Position numbers and translations under genes: made by a program. The notes below the pieces were generated by a model. That model was not told the DNA's origin, ran no database searches, and saw nothing but the letters and a program-made list of their open reading frames with translations. A DNA stretch of 45,172 bases, from positions 1-45,172 of the forward strand of contig JBGUMY010000294.1 in assembly GCA_045117095.1 (NCBI GenBank), written 5' to 3'. Source of the stretch: Bacteroidaceae bacterium (GTDB lineage: Bacteria > Bacteroidota > Bacteroidia > Bacteroidales > Bacteroidaceae). Shown piece after piece: positions 26,122 to 34,753 of this stretch (position 1 is its first letter; every line of letters begins with the position of its first letter).

Positions 26122-26946
26122 ATGAAGCAAACAAGATTCATCCCGATTGAGACCTGCGGCCTGCAACTGCGTGAGCCACAGGAAGGACAGACGGAGAGCC
26201 GCGAGATTGAGGGCCGTCCGATTGTCTTCGGTGTTCGCTCGGTCAATCTGACACCTTGGTCAAGCACACGCAAGGTCTATGAGGTGCTTGAACCTGGATG
26301 TATCAGCCGCGAACTCCTACAGAAAAGTGACGTGGTTCTGAACCTGAACCATAACAGTGACGTGGTGAACGTGCTGGGTCGTTATCGTAACAACCCTGAC
26401 AAGGACACCCTATCTCTCGAACTGCGTGGCGACGGCATCGACTGCCGTTGCGACCTGCCGAAGACGAACAACGCCAACGATACGCTGGAGCTGATCCGTC
26501 GCGGTGACATCAACGGTATGTCCTTCGCTTTCGAGGACGACTGGGAGGACTCTGAGAACGGTGTGTCTTTCGAGAAGACCAACGACGTGGAGGACGGCAA
26601 GGAAGTATGGCTCCGCCATGTGAAGCGCATCACCGGCTTGTATGATGTCAGCATCGTCACCCATCCTGCCTACGAGCAGACCACTGTCGGCACCCGTGAG
26701 GCTTCAGACGCAATTGAGAAAGCGATTGAGGATATGATGCAGCGCGAATGTGGCGACGACGAAGCCAAGAAGAAGGCTGAGGAAGAAGCGAAGGCTGAAG
26801 AGGAGCGCAAAGCCCGCGAGGAAGCCGAAGCCAAGGCCAAGGCAGAGCGCGAGGAGCGCGAACTGGAAGAGCAGGCACAGCGTGCCCGTGAAAGTCAGAT
26901 GCTCCGTCTGCGCAGCCGCAGACTCCGCTCTGAAATTGATTTTTAA
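26122..26946 (+). CDS. HK97-family prohead protease with Glu/Lys-rich scaffold-like C-terminus
   Basis: IEGRPIVFGV, LNLNHNSDVVNVLG, GDINGMSFAF and VSIVTHPAYEQT are Peptidase_S78-like landmarks. The tail is EEAKAEEERKAREEAEAKAKAE. Confidence 0.8.
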   Translation: MKQTRFIPIETCGLQLREPQEGQTESREIEGRPIVFGVRSVNLTPWSSTRKVYEVLEPGCISRELLQKSDVVLNLNHNSDVVNVLGRYRNNPDKDTLSLELRGDGIDCRCDLPKTNNANDTLELIRRGDINGMSFAFEDDWEDSENGVSFEKTNDVEDGKEVWLRHVKRITGLYDVSIVTHPAYEQTTVGTREASDAIEKAIEDMMQRECGDDEAKKKAEEEAKAEEERKAREEAEAKAKAEREERELEEQAQRARESQMLRLRSRRLRSEIDF

Positions 26947-26977
26947 TTCACTTAGTATAAACCAAAAAGTTGTTATC

Positions 26978-28192
26978 ATGAAAGAAATGACAAAACAGCA
27001 GCTCCAGGAGCGTCAGAACGCCATCATGGAGCAGATGGACCAGATGGAAATCCAGTCCCGTGAGAAGAACAATGGCGACATCAAGTTCACCGACGAAGAG
27101 GCCGCTAAGTATGATGCACTCTGTCGTGAGAGTGCTGGTTTGAGCGCAAAGGCCAAGGCTCTGGCTTCTGATGCTGAGTTGGCAAACATCCGCAGCAATG
27201 AGGAGAAGGGTGCCAAACTGCGTGAGATGCTGAAGAACTGCAAGAACAAGCGCGAGAACGCCACCACCATCCTGGCTAATCCCGCCGACGGTAACGTCAA
27301 TGGCAACTTGGAGGCTGGCGGTCTGATTCCCGTCACCATCAAGGAGATCATCGACACCAAGGTTGCAGGCATCGAGTTACCCGAGGACCTGATTCAGGTG
27401 ATGGGTGTGACTGGCACCGAGATCATCCCTTACTCTACCAATGACGTGAACTTCACTGTGAACGGTGAGGTGCAGAAGGTGTCAGAGCAGGGTCTCGATT
27501 TCGCCAACATCCAGGCACAGCCCCAGCGCGTAGCCGCTTCCGTGGCCGTCTCTCATCGTGCCATCGACAATGCCGCTTTCGACATCCTCGGCTTCATCAC
27601 CTATAAGTTGTCGAAGGGTCTGGCCATGTTCAAGGCTCTCCACGTTTACAGCCACTGCAAGTTCGACACCCTGAAGGGCCCGTTCGCTTTGGTTGACGTT
27701 GAGGAACTGACGCTCGACGAGAATATCGGTAAGAACCTCGCCAAGAAGGTGGCTGAGATGTACGACCTCGGCTTTGAGGGTGTGCCCACCATCACTATGG
27801 ATAAGGTGACTGAGGTTGACTTGGCTTACACCAAGGCCATCCCTGGTCAGAACGGCGACCGTACCGTTGTCGAGAACGGAAAGTGCTGCGGTTATCCTTA
27901 CACCGTAAGTCCGTACATCGACTATGCTCTCGACGGTGGTGTTCCTAAGAAGGAGGCAGGTGCCCGATATATTGGTATCGGTCATTATGGCTACCTCGCT
28001 ATGGAGCAGCACGGAGAGTTCCGCTTCAATGTCGATGCTACAAGCTCCGCTAACTTCGACCGTGGTACTGTAGTGCTGGGTATCTCCACAGATTTCAGCC
28101 TTACAGAACTCAGTGCCAAGGTGAACGGCAAGAACGGCAAGCCCCAGGCCTTCAAGTTGATCAAGCTCGTGGAGGAACCGACAACTCACTAA
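26978..28192 (+). CDS. Major capsid protein (HK97 fold) with N-terminal delta-like coiled coil
   Basis: Start moved from 26750 (inside the protease gene) to ATG 26978. 404 aa. Position directly after the protease. Confidence 0.8.
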   Translation: MKEMTKQQLQERQNAIMEQMDQMEIQSREKNNGDIKFTDEEAAKYDALCRESAGLSAKAKALASDAELANIRSNEEKGAKLREMLKNCKNKRENATTILANPADGNVNGNLEAGGLIPVTIKEIIDTKVAGIELPEDLIQVMGVTGTEIIPYSTNDVNFTVNGEVQKVSEQGLDFANIQAQPQRVAASVAVSHRAIDNAAFDILGFITYKLSKGLAMFKALHVYSHCKFDTLKGPFALVDVEELTLDENIGKNLAKKVAEMYDLGFEGVPTITMDKVTEVDLAYTKAIPGQNGDRTVVENGKCCGYPYTVSPYIDYALDGGVPKKEAGARYIGIGHYGYLAMEQHGEFRFNVDATSSANFDRGTVVLGISTDFSLTELSAKVNGKNGKPQAFKLIKLVEEPTTH

Positions 28193-28333
28193 ACTCTCTC
28201 AGACTCTCAATTCTCTGGGCTTAGTTCCTGTGGCGGTCGCCCTCAATGCAAAAGCAAAGACCGTGTGACCGCCACTCCCCAGGGGAGAGAGATGTATCAA
28301 ATCAACAATTAACAGAGTAAGCAAGTATAGAAC

Positions 28334-28822
28334 ATGGGACTGCTGACTGATTCTTTCTTCATCAGGGCTATCAAGTCGAATGCCGAATTGTTGGCGAAGT
28401 TGCCTGCTGGCGACATCTACAATAATGTGGCTGATCCTGACTACGACATGGAGAACGTGGAACTGCCCTACATCGTGGTGAACAACGACGGTGGTAGTGA
28501 GGGCGACATGACCAAAGATTCATGGAGTGAAAGCCCGGAAGACAAGGTGAACATCAGCATTCTGATGGTGTGCCGCAGCCGCCAGGAACTGGCAGACATG
28601 ACGCTGACCGTCCGCAAGACTATCAGCGACTTCATGAAAGCTACCTGGCAGCGCATAAGCGAAGGTACTCCCGAGGAGGGCGACGAGATCGCACCGATTC
28701 AGTATGAGTTCAGTTTCAGCGACATAGCCTTCATCATGGATAAGCCAGCGCATCGCCAGATGTTCTATTATAATTGCACAACTCCTAACGAAATCTTTAT
28801 TGACGATGAGCAAGACGACTGA
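28334..28822 (+). CDS. Head-tail joining / tail completion protein (DUF3168-like suspected)
   Basis: LLAKLPAGDIYNNVADPDYDMENVELPYIVV resembles the N-terminal pattern of tail terminator proteins. Position supports this. Confidence 0.35.
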   Translation: MGLLTDSFFIRAIKSNAELLAKLPAGDIYNNVADPDYDMENVELPYIVVNNDGGSEGDMTKDSWSESPEDKVNISILMVCRSRQELADMTLTVRKTISDFMKATWQRISEGTPEEGDEIAPIQYEFSFSDIAFIMDKPAHRQMFYYNCTTPNEIFIDDEQDD

Positions 28823-29012
28823 TAAAGAACAGCCAGCACATGTGGCTGAACTGTTACTTAACTGTACAGCCGTGCTCGAAGCACCCACCACTGAGGCATT
28901 GGCCGGAATGGTCAACGACATCCCTGCCGACTGCAAGTACAGCGTCGGTGCCGTGGGCCGCAAACAGGACGGCAGTGCTTACACACTCAGAGTTGACTTA
29001 ATCAAAAATTAA
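28800..29012 (+). CDS. Hypothetical small protein
   Basis: 70-aa ORF overlapping the upstream stop, on the operon strand. Confidence 0.4.
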   Translation: MTMSKTTDKEQPAHVAELLLNCTAVLEAPTTEALAGMVNDIPADCKYSVGAVGRKQDGSAYTLRVDLIKN

Positions 29013-29017
29013 AAGAT

Positions 29018-29932
29018 ATGGCAACATTAAAAGGTCAAAACTTTCGTATCTGTATTTTCGACGCAACAGCCGAGAAATACAAAGTGATTGGAATGAGTAC
29101 CGGGTGCACGGTGACACTTACGAACAATACTGATGATGGTAGCCACAAGGATATTGTGGGTGCTGCTGCAATGCCTACGGTAGTCAGTCGGAGTTGGTCA
29201 GTGTCATGTGACTCATTGGATGTCTCCGATGCAGCTGCGATGCTCACCGCCATCAAGTCGATGCAGCCCGTCACCCTGATGTGGGACGAGACCAGCACCA
29301 GCAACAACCAGACCCGTGAAAAGGCTGCTTTTGCCCGCAAAGGCTCTGCCTATATGAACGACGTAACCTTCAATTTCAACGATCGGGAGAATAGCACAAA
29401 GGCTCTCCAATTCGCAGGTAGCGGTGCGCTCGAAACCGTTGGAAGCAGTGAGGCTGTTGAGATCATTCCATTGGGCAGTTACACCAAAGGTCAGTATGTT
29501 CGTCTGTTTCTATCGAGTGACAACACAGCAGCACCTTCTGCCGTCATAGCAGCTGCCAAGCAGCTCAGTCTGCATGTCAGCCTGACGCTGGAAGATGCAA
29601 GCACTAAAGACACTCCAGGAAACTATCAGGTTCAGGAGCCGACTGGTATCAGCTACGACATTTCATCTACTGCGCTCATGCGTAGTGGTGAGACGATCAC
29701 CGAGCAGGTGCCTGGCAAGACAGTTGCAGACATCGAGGCATTGCACGAGGCTGGAACGCCTGTGAAGTGGAAGATCGCAAACGTTACTGGCACTAACCAG
29801 CGTACTGCGTCAAGTACGATTGTCAGCGGTTCTGTGATCCTGACCACACTCACCTTGAACGGTCCAAACCGAGCCAATGCCGACTACACCGCACAAATGA
29901 ACGGCTACGGCGATTTCACGGTGGCCGCTTGA
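29018..29932 (+). CDS. Major tail (tube) protein with C-terminal extension
   Basis: N-terminal tube-fold pattern: GQNFRICIF...KVIGMSTGCTVTLTNNTDDGSHKD...SRSWSVSCDSL...FAGSGAL. Followed by a terminator and the G/GT chaperone pair. Confidence 0.55.
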   Translation: MATLKGQNFRICIFDATAEKYKVIGMSTGCTVTLTNNTDDGSHKDIVGAAAMPTVVSRSWSVSCDSLDVSDAAAMLTAIKSMQPVTLMWDETSTSNNQTREKAAFARKGSAYMNDVTFNFNDRENSTKALQFAGSGALETVGSSEAVEIIPLGSYTKGQYVRLFLSSDNTAAPSAVIAAAKQLSLHVSLTLEDASTKDTPGNYQVQEPTGISYDISSTALMRSGETITEQVPGKTVADIEALHEAGTPVKWKIANVTGTNQRTASSTIVSGSVILTTLTLNGPNRANADYTAQMNGYGDFTVAA

Positions 29933-29993
29933 AACCTCTCATTGCATACAATTTAGCCATTGTACTATATTATTTAAGACGTTAAACAATCCG

Positions 29994-30032
29994 CGCCCAG
30001 CCTTGGCCCTCATCGGCTGGCTGGGCGTTTTT
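29994..30032 (+). terminator. Rho-independent terminator
   Basis: CGCCCAGCC-N16-GGCTGGGCG (9 perfect pairs) followed by T5. Confidence 0.7.
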
Positions 30033-30045
30033 AATCAAAGGAACT

Positions 30046-30504
30046 ATGAACCCCAGAAGAACAATTCAAATCACAAGAAAGAACGATGCAGGCGAGATCG
30101 GGCAGACGGAAGTAAAACTGCTCTATTGTGCTGCCTCAGAGACAGGATTCCAGACGCTCAGTGGCGTTACGATGGAAGTTTTCGCACCGGAACTCGAAAA
30201 GAACGAGGAAGGTAAATGGATCATGAAGGCACCGCCAAAGGCTACCGACATGAACTACATCCAACTCTCTCTGGCTTGCATCATCGCAGCCTACGAATGC
30301 GATGGCGAGGAACCACCCATCAAGAGTGAAGACCTGCTCTACCATGCCAGCCGTGAGGAAGTGCAGAACCTCGTAACAACAGTGCTTCAGATGCGCAACG
30401 AATGGATGGAAGTGCCATCGACCATCAAACCTGAGATGGAAGAGCGCGAAGGAAAGGGTAAACGAAAAAACGTCAAAACGCCTACGAGACCTTCAAAGTC
30501 GTAG
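30046..30504 (+). CDS. Tail assembly chaperone (G-like)
   Basis: 152 aa, AAAGGAACT leader, downstream of the tube protein. Carries an in-frame slippery heptamer near its 3' end. Confidence 0.65.
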   Translation: MNPRRTIQITRKNDAGEIGQTEVKLLYCAASETGFQTLSGVTMEVFAPELEKNEEGKWIMKAPPKATDMNYIQLSLACIIAAYECDGEEPPIKSEDLLYHASREEVQNLVTTVLQMRNEWMEVPSTIKPEMEEREGKGKRKNVKTPTRPSKS

Positions 30505-30797
30505 TAGGCGAGATCGGGCGCGACAGGCATGAGTATCTCTATGAGATGAAGTGGTGGGAAATACTGCTCATCATCCAGGGCTACCGCCGTCGCAACGTGC
30601 TTCAGTATCAGTTGCAGCGCATACAGGCTTGGGCTTCCGCTTTCTGTATGGGCAATAAAGAAGGCAAACAACCGCAAGACTTGGTTGACCTCTATTTTGA
30701 TCACTACATCGAAGAAGGCGAGGCGCAACTCACACAGCAAGATATTGACGAGATGCAAGCCGAGATAGACGCAGAGAATGCGAGAAATGGATTTTAA
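30046..30797 (+). CDS. Tail assembly chaperone GT-like fusion (requires a -1 shift at 30465-30471)
   Basis: The frame-3 ORF listed as 30546..30797 is open upstream to the heptamer. This is the classic G/GT arrangement. Confidence 0.55.
30465..30471 (+). promoter_or_regulatory. -1 programmed frameshift slippery heptamer A_AAA_AAC
   Basis: The zero-frame codons are cgA AAA AAC. The -1 frame is open from here through 30797. Confidence 0.6.
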
Positions 30798-30808
30798 CGA
30801 AAAAAATA

Positions 30809-30828
30809 GGGGAGCCCGCCGGCTCCCC
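30809..30828. terminator. Bidirectional terminator between the late operon and the lysogeny block
   Basis: GGGGAGCC-CGCC-GGCTCCCC with an A-run on the left and a T-rich tract on the right. Confidence 0.7.
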
Positions 30829-30887
30829 ACTTTTGTCTAACTCTAAATCTAATAATACGAAAAACGAAAAGGCTCAGTCGTCACGAC

Positions 30888-31748
30888 TCACCATGTATGT
30901 ACGTCGTCCTCACCCCAGGTATCGTCGGCAGTCAGCGTGAATGCCTTTGCTGTGCCCAAGATGCCACCAGAGTAAGAGGTGGTGATATTCCGTTTTAGTG
31001 GCACATCTTCAAGCGAAACCTGACCAAGCACGGATTCGTCTGAAGCCGTAAGCGTTGCGGTAATGTCTGTCTTCCAATCTGCTGACGGCACGAATCCAAA
31101 GAACGAAACCATCAACTCACCGCTGGTTCCGATATAGTTGGCAGGGATGTTCACAGGTCGCGGATAGTTCGCCTGAAGACCGACACCCGCGCCAGTGGTA
31201 TAATCGATGCCATAATACCATTGTGAAGGCGTGACGGTGAAAACTGAGGCGTTTGCAGGCACTTCATCGGTGACGGTGATTTGCAAGCGCGTGGCGACAC
31301 GACCGAGCGTGACAGCCTGAGACGCGGCAGAACTTGGTGCAACGGTGATGTTGGCAGTCGCCCAATAGGTGTCGGAAGGTTTCGCCCAGGTGATCGTCTT
31401 CGCGTCGGTGTCAGATGTCGGTGTCGTGCCACGAGAAGCCACGAAGTAGATAGTGTGCGAACCATACCCCATCGAGGCAGAGATGGATCCGAATCCGTCA
31501 TCGGTACTCGACTGGTGGATCGTCTGCTGCAACTCATCGCCAACGTAATCAAACATCCACAGGTCTGTGAGACTGAGCGATGTAATCGCAGCGCGGGTCA
31601 TGGCCTTCGTCTGGAAGGTGTCACCAAAGGTGAATGTGATTGTTTTCTTCTCCATGCCACTCGGCTTTTCAGCCTGCGGTTCTTCACTCGAGCAAGAAAT
31701 CATCGACAGCATTAAGGCTGCTGCCAGGCCCATTTGAAACTTTTTCAT
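30888..31748 (-). CDS. Lipoprotein, probably surface-exposed (fimbrillin/Mfa-like fold suspected)
   Basis: Signal peptide with lipobox (LSMISC). Acidic residues follow the Cys (CSSEEPQ), resembling the Bacteroidota surface-export signal. Beta-rich Thr/Ser composition. Confidence 0.6.
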   Translation of the reverse strand: MKKFQMGLAAALMLSMISCSSEEPQAEKPSGMEKKTITFTFGDTFQTKAMTRAAITSLSLTDLWMFDYVGDELQQTIHQSSTDDGFGSISASMGYGSHTIYFVASRGTTPTSDTDAKTITWAKPSDTYWATANITVAPSSAASQAVTLGRVATRLQITVTDEVPANASVFTVTPSQWYYGIDYTTGAGVGLQANYPRPVNIPANYIGTSGELMVSFFGFVPSADWKTDITATLTASDESVLGQVSLEDVPLKRNITTSYSGGILGTAKAFTLTADDTWGEDDVHTW

Positions 31749-31815
31749 AGTTGCGTTGTTTTTGATAGTTTATATTTAAGGAGTGGGCGACACACATCGT
31801 CGCCCTTTGTCCTTT

Positions 31816-32385
31816 TCAGTCAAGCCGACGGATATACACAAATCCCGTGAAGAACTTATGCCCATCGTCTTCATCTTCGCACGCTTCGATGAAAGCCGTG
31901 CAACGGTACGGAAATTCATTCGCTGTCAGAGAACACACGAGGTCTGTCTGTCCACTTGGGATATAGCCGAGGTGATGACGGTCTTCTGCCACGATCTTGA
32001 TGGCATCAGGATCATACTCGTTGTCAGGTTCCGGCACCAAGGCGCACTCCACGCGACCGACATAACGGCTGATGCCCTGACGGTGGTTAATGCCTGCAAT
32101 CTTCAGAATGCGCAGGTTGTCGTAGATCGAAAGCCAACCGCCATCAGCACGACGCTCCGGCAACGGCCCCGTGTAAGAACCAGATGCAATCGCACCAGGC
32201 ACAAACTTATCGCCAACGATACCAGCCTGGATGCAAGCCTGAATGCGGCGAATCTCCGTTTCAATGTCAAGCGGTTGATCATCGTCTTGCTCCTGTACCT
32301 TTGCAGCAGCACTTCTGTGTGAGTCAAAATAAATAAAAGCAAGGGCCGCGCCCACAATTAATAATGCAAATAGAAATAATGTCAT
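31816..32385 (-). CDS. Membrane-anchored HIRAN-domain protein
   Basis: N-terminal TM LFLFALLIVGAALAFIYF. The C-terminal LKIAGINHRQG...ALVPEPDNEYDPDAIKIVAEDRHHLGYIP is a clear HIRAN signature. Confidence 0.7.
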   Translation of the reverse strand: MTLFLFALLIVGAALAFIYFDSHRSAAAKVQEQDDDQPLDIETEIRRIQACIQAGIVGDKFVPGAIASGSYTGPLPERRADGGWLSIYDNLRILKIAGINHRQGISRYVGRVECALVPEPDNEYDPDAIKIVAEDRHHLGYIPSGQTDLVCSLTANEFPYRCTAFIEACEDEDDGHKFFTGFVYIRRLD

Positions 32386-32397
32386 AGCGTTAATATT

Positions 32398-33606
32398 TTA
32401 GGGTTTAACATGTTTATCTTTCAGTTTCTCAGCAATCCGCTCGAAGTCATCGTGAATGTCAGCAGCCACGATTTTGGCATAGCGTTGCGTTTGTGTTATA
32501 TTTGTATGGCCGAGCATCTTTGAGACGTGTTCGATGGGCACACCATGCCGGAGCATCCATGTGGCGAAGGTGTGACGGGCCATGTGCGAGTGCAGAGGTC
32601 GCTCGATGCCACAAGCCATGCCGAGAGCCTTCAGGCAGAGGTTGTAGTCGGAGTTGTCAAGGCGTGGCACCTGCCAGTTGTACCGCTCCAGAATAGCCAC
32701 CACAGGCGGCAACAGCTGCGAGGTGTACGCCACGCCCGTCTTGATTCTCTCGCCTGTATTCTTCCAAACCCCATCGATGAGCTTATAGTCCCCGATGTCG
32801 AAGTTCTGGGTGTCAGAGTAGGCGAGACCCGTGTATAATTGAAAGACAAACAAATCCCGCGCCATCGCCATTTTTGAGCCCTGAACTGGGTGCAGACTCT
32901 CGAAAGCCTTCATCTCCTCATCCGTCAGGAAGTCGATACGCTCACGGTCGCCCCGCTTAAACTTCCCCTTCAGACGGTCGTAGGGGTTCTGCTGGAGGCG
33001 GTCAAAGAGCACAGCCCTGTTCAGCAGAGCCTTCAGGCACTTGTGGTAATTGTAGATGGATGCCTCGCTGATGTTTGCCATTTGTTTACCCATTTTCGCG
33101 TCCGCGTCCGATTGTGGCTTGGTAATCCTGTGAAGGTAGGCATCCCACTTATATATATTCTCCACCGTCAAATCCTGCCACCGTCGGATGGTGTCGAAGT
33201 CCTGAAGGCGCGAGAGCATCGTCTGGTAATGCTTCAGCGTGCCCTCCGCATGTGTCAGCTGCTCCAGTTGGTCGCGGCACCATTCCAGGAAACTGGTGCT
33301 CGACTCGTCGGCCACCAGCACCCAGGCACGACGCTTGATGTCCGCCACGTCTATCTGCCTGCCATCGTCGATGGCGGCGTTCACCTCTGTATCTATCTTT
33401 TTATATAAAATGTTCAGGCGCGTGCGTAAGGTGTCAGCATCAGGGCGGTTGACAATCATCCCCGCCTTGAACTCATTCTTTCTCACCTTGATGCCTGTGT
33501 TGATATAATAAGGTTTGCGATCCACGGTCACACGAACTTCCAGCGGGCCTTCACAGCCTGCCTTCGTGCGTCCACGATGATCCCAAACTATTGAAGTTGT
33601 TATCAT
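32398..33606 (-). CDS. int: Tyrosine recombinase / phage integrase
   Basis: HSHMARHTFATWMLRHGVPIEHVSKMLGHTNITQTQRYAKI carries the HxxR...H...Y catalytic pattern. Start placed at MITTSIVWDHRGR (ATG at 33606). Confidence 0.85.
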   Translation of the reverse strand: MITTSIVWDHRGRTKAGCEGPLEVRVTVDRKPYYINTGIKVRKNEFKAGMIVNRPDADTLRTRLNILYKKIDTEVNAAIDDGRQIDVADIKRRAWVLVADESSTSFLEWCRDQLEQLTHAEGTLKHYQTMLSRLQDFDTIRRWQDLTVENIYKWDAYLHRITKPQSDADAKMGKQMANISEASIYNYHKCLKALLNRAVLFDRLQQNPYDRLKGKFKRGDRERIDFLTDEEMKAFESLHPVQGSKMAMARDLFVFQLYTGLAYSDTQNFDIGDYKLIDGVWKNTGERIKTGVAYTSQLLPPVVAILERYNWQVPRLDNSDYNLCLKALGMACGIERPLHSHMARHTFATWMLRHGVPIEHVSKMLGHTNITQTQRYAKIVAADIHDDFERIAEKLKDKHVKP

Positions 33607-33936
33607 ATTCTTGTTTATTTGTTGGCTACGTTTCCCCGCCACATTTCCACTATGGGAAACACTTGGCAAAGATTTCAGCCGAAATATACCGATTTTTACT
33701 TATTTTGCATTTTCCTTTATTTCGATTCAAGGGTCGCAATCCCTTTTATTGAGGCGGTGGCCGCGTTTTTAGGCAGCAACCCCACCACCCCATCCGTGAT
33801 CCGTTTGGGATTGCTGAGTTAATAATGGGGTCATTGTATATATAGTAGGTCAACATGCGTTTCCATGATATTAGATGGGGAAACGGATGGAGTACTACGG
33901 ATATACTTAATACCATTATTATATAGAAAACAGCCA

Positions 33937-34527
33937 TCATATATTTGGTTGGATTTGGTCTTTGTCAGCCACCCCCACTGGGAATGGATTGTGACTGAGT
34001 ATTTCATCTGTCTGATACTTGCTCAGCTGTTGTCGGAGCGATTCATTCTCTCGTTTGAGAAGTTCAATGATGTCGTGTTGACTGGCGATGGTCCGCTTCT
34101 GCTCTTTTATTCTATCCTCTAATTCTTCGATATGACGGCCTGCAATATCATCATAAACCTTTTGGAATTGTTTCTCTAACAGAAAACTGTCATCCATTGC
34201 AGAGTGCTGACGAGGCTCATGCGATGGGTTGGCATCAAGAAGCCGGCGCGACTCCTTGAGAGCTTCATCTGCATTCATATCGGCTAACTGCTGTCGAGAT
34301 ATACAATCACTCTTGCCACGGAGGTAGTCGATATTCAACTCCCTGAACCTATCGCACAGCGCACGGATGGCATCGTCGCTGACAGATTTCACGTGCCCGT
34401 TCTTGATCCTTGATATAAGATTGGGACCAAGACCAGCTTTCACGGCAATGTTGCCCTGGTTCTCCGCAAGTCCATTATCAATCAGCCACTCGATGGCATC
34501 CATGAAAAGCTCATTTTTTGTCTTCAT
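33937..34527 (-). CDS. CI-like HTH repressor with C-terminal coiled coil
   Basis: NQGNIAVKAGLGPNLISRIKNGHVKSVSDDAIRALCDRFRELNIDYLRGKS fits a phage CI-repressor-type HTH. The gene is divergent from the early operon. Confidence 0.6.
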   Translation of the reverse strand: MKTKNELFMDAIEWLIDNGLAENQGNIAVKAGLGPNLISRIKNGHVKSVSDDAIRALCDRFRELNIDYLRGKSDCISRQQLADMNADEALKESRRLLDANPSHEPRQHSAMDDSFLLEKQFQKVYDDIAGRHIEELEDRIKEQKRTIASQHDIIELLKRENESLRQQLSKYQTDEILSHNPFPVGVADKDQIQPNI

Positions 34528-34533
34528 TTTAGC

Positions 34534-34592
34534 ACAAATAACCACGTTTAATCTTAAATAACCTTAAATTTAACCACAAATCACCACGTTTT
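34534..34592. promoter_or_regulatory. Two operator-like direct repeats ACAAAT(A/C)ACCACGTTT(A/T)
   Basis: Copies at 34534-34550 and 34576-34592, spaced 42 nt apart, in the repressor/early divergent region. Confidence 0.45.
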
Positions 34593-34617
34593 AGCACGCG
34601 GTTTCATTTTAAGTTTG

Positions 34618-34625
34618 TATATTTG
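34618..34625 (+). promoter_or_regulatory. Host-type -7 box TATATTTG (rightward)
   Basis: Matches the Bacteroides TAnnTTTG consensus. Confidence 0.4.
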
Positions 34626-34676
34626 CACCCGAAAGTAAGTAAGTAAACAAACAACGAGGCAAGAAAATAGCCGTCA

Positions 34677-34695
34677 GACGGGAGGCCGTCTTTTT
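34677..34695 (+). terminator. Short hairpin plus T5 within the early leader
   Basis: GACGG-GAGG-CCGTC followed by TTTTT. Confidence 0.4.
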
Positions 34696-34745
34696 ACAAG
34701 CGGATAACCGCCAATTTGCGAACACTTTGCGAGGGTGTCGGATTG

Positions 34746-34753
34746 CAAATATA
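34746..34753 (-). promoter_or_regulatory. Host-type -7 box TATATTTG (leftward)
   Basis: Reverse complement of CAAATATA. Forms a 12-nt perfect inverted repeat with the 34616-34627 region. Confidence 0.4.

Noticed and set aside
26750-26977. Upstream start for the capsid ORF, overlapping the protease gene
   Set aside because: That part translates the Glu/Lys-rich protease tail in another frame, as an Arg/Lys/Pro-rich string. ATG 26978 lies just after the protease stop and begins a typical capsid N-terminal coiled coil.
28231-28289. Inverted repeat TGGCGGTC...GACCGCCA and CTCCCC-A-GGGGAG after the major capsid gene, considered as a regulatory RNA
   Set aside because: This is most simply a partial terminator or attenuator after the highly expressed capsid gene, a common arrangement. 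There is no T-run and no additional conserved features to support more.
33715-33750. TTCGATTC string near the integrase, considered as a tRNA 3' fragment marking the att core
   Set aside because: The flanking bases do not form a T stem or an acceptor stem (only a 4-bp CCTT/AAGG pairing around an 11-nt loop), so there is no support for a tRNA remnant.
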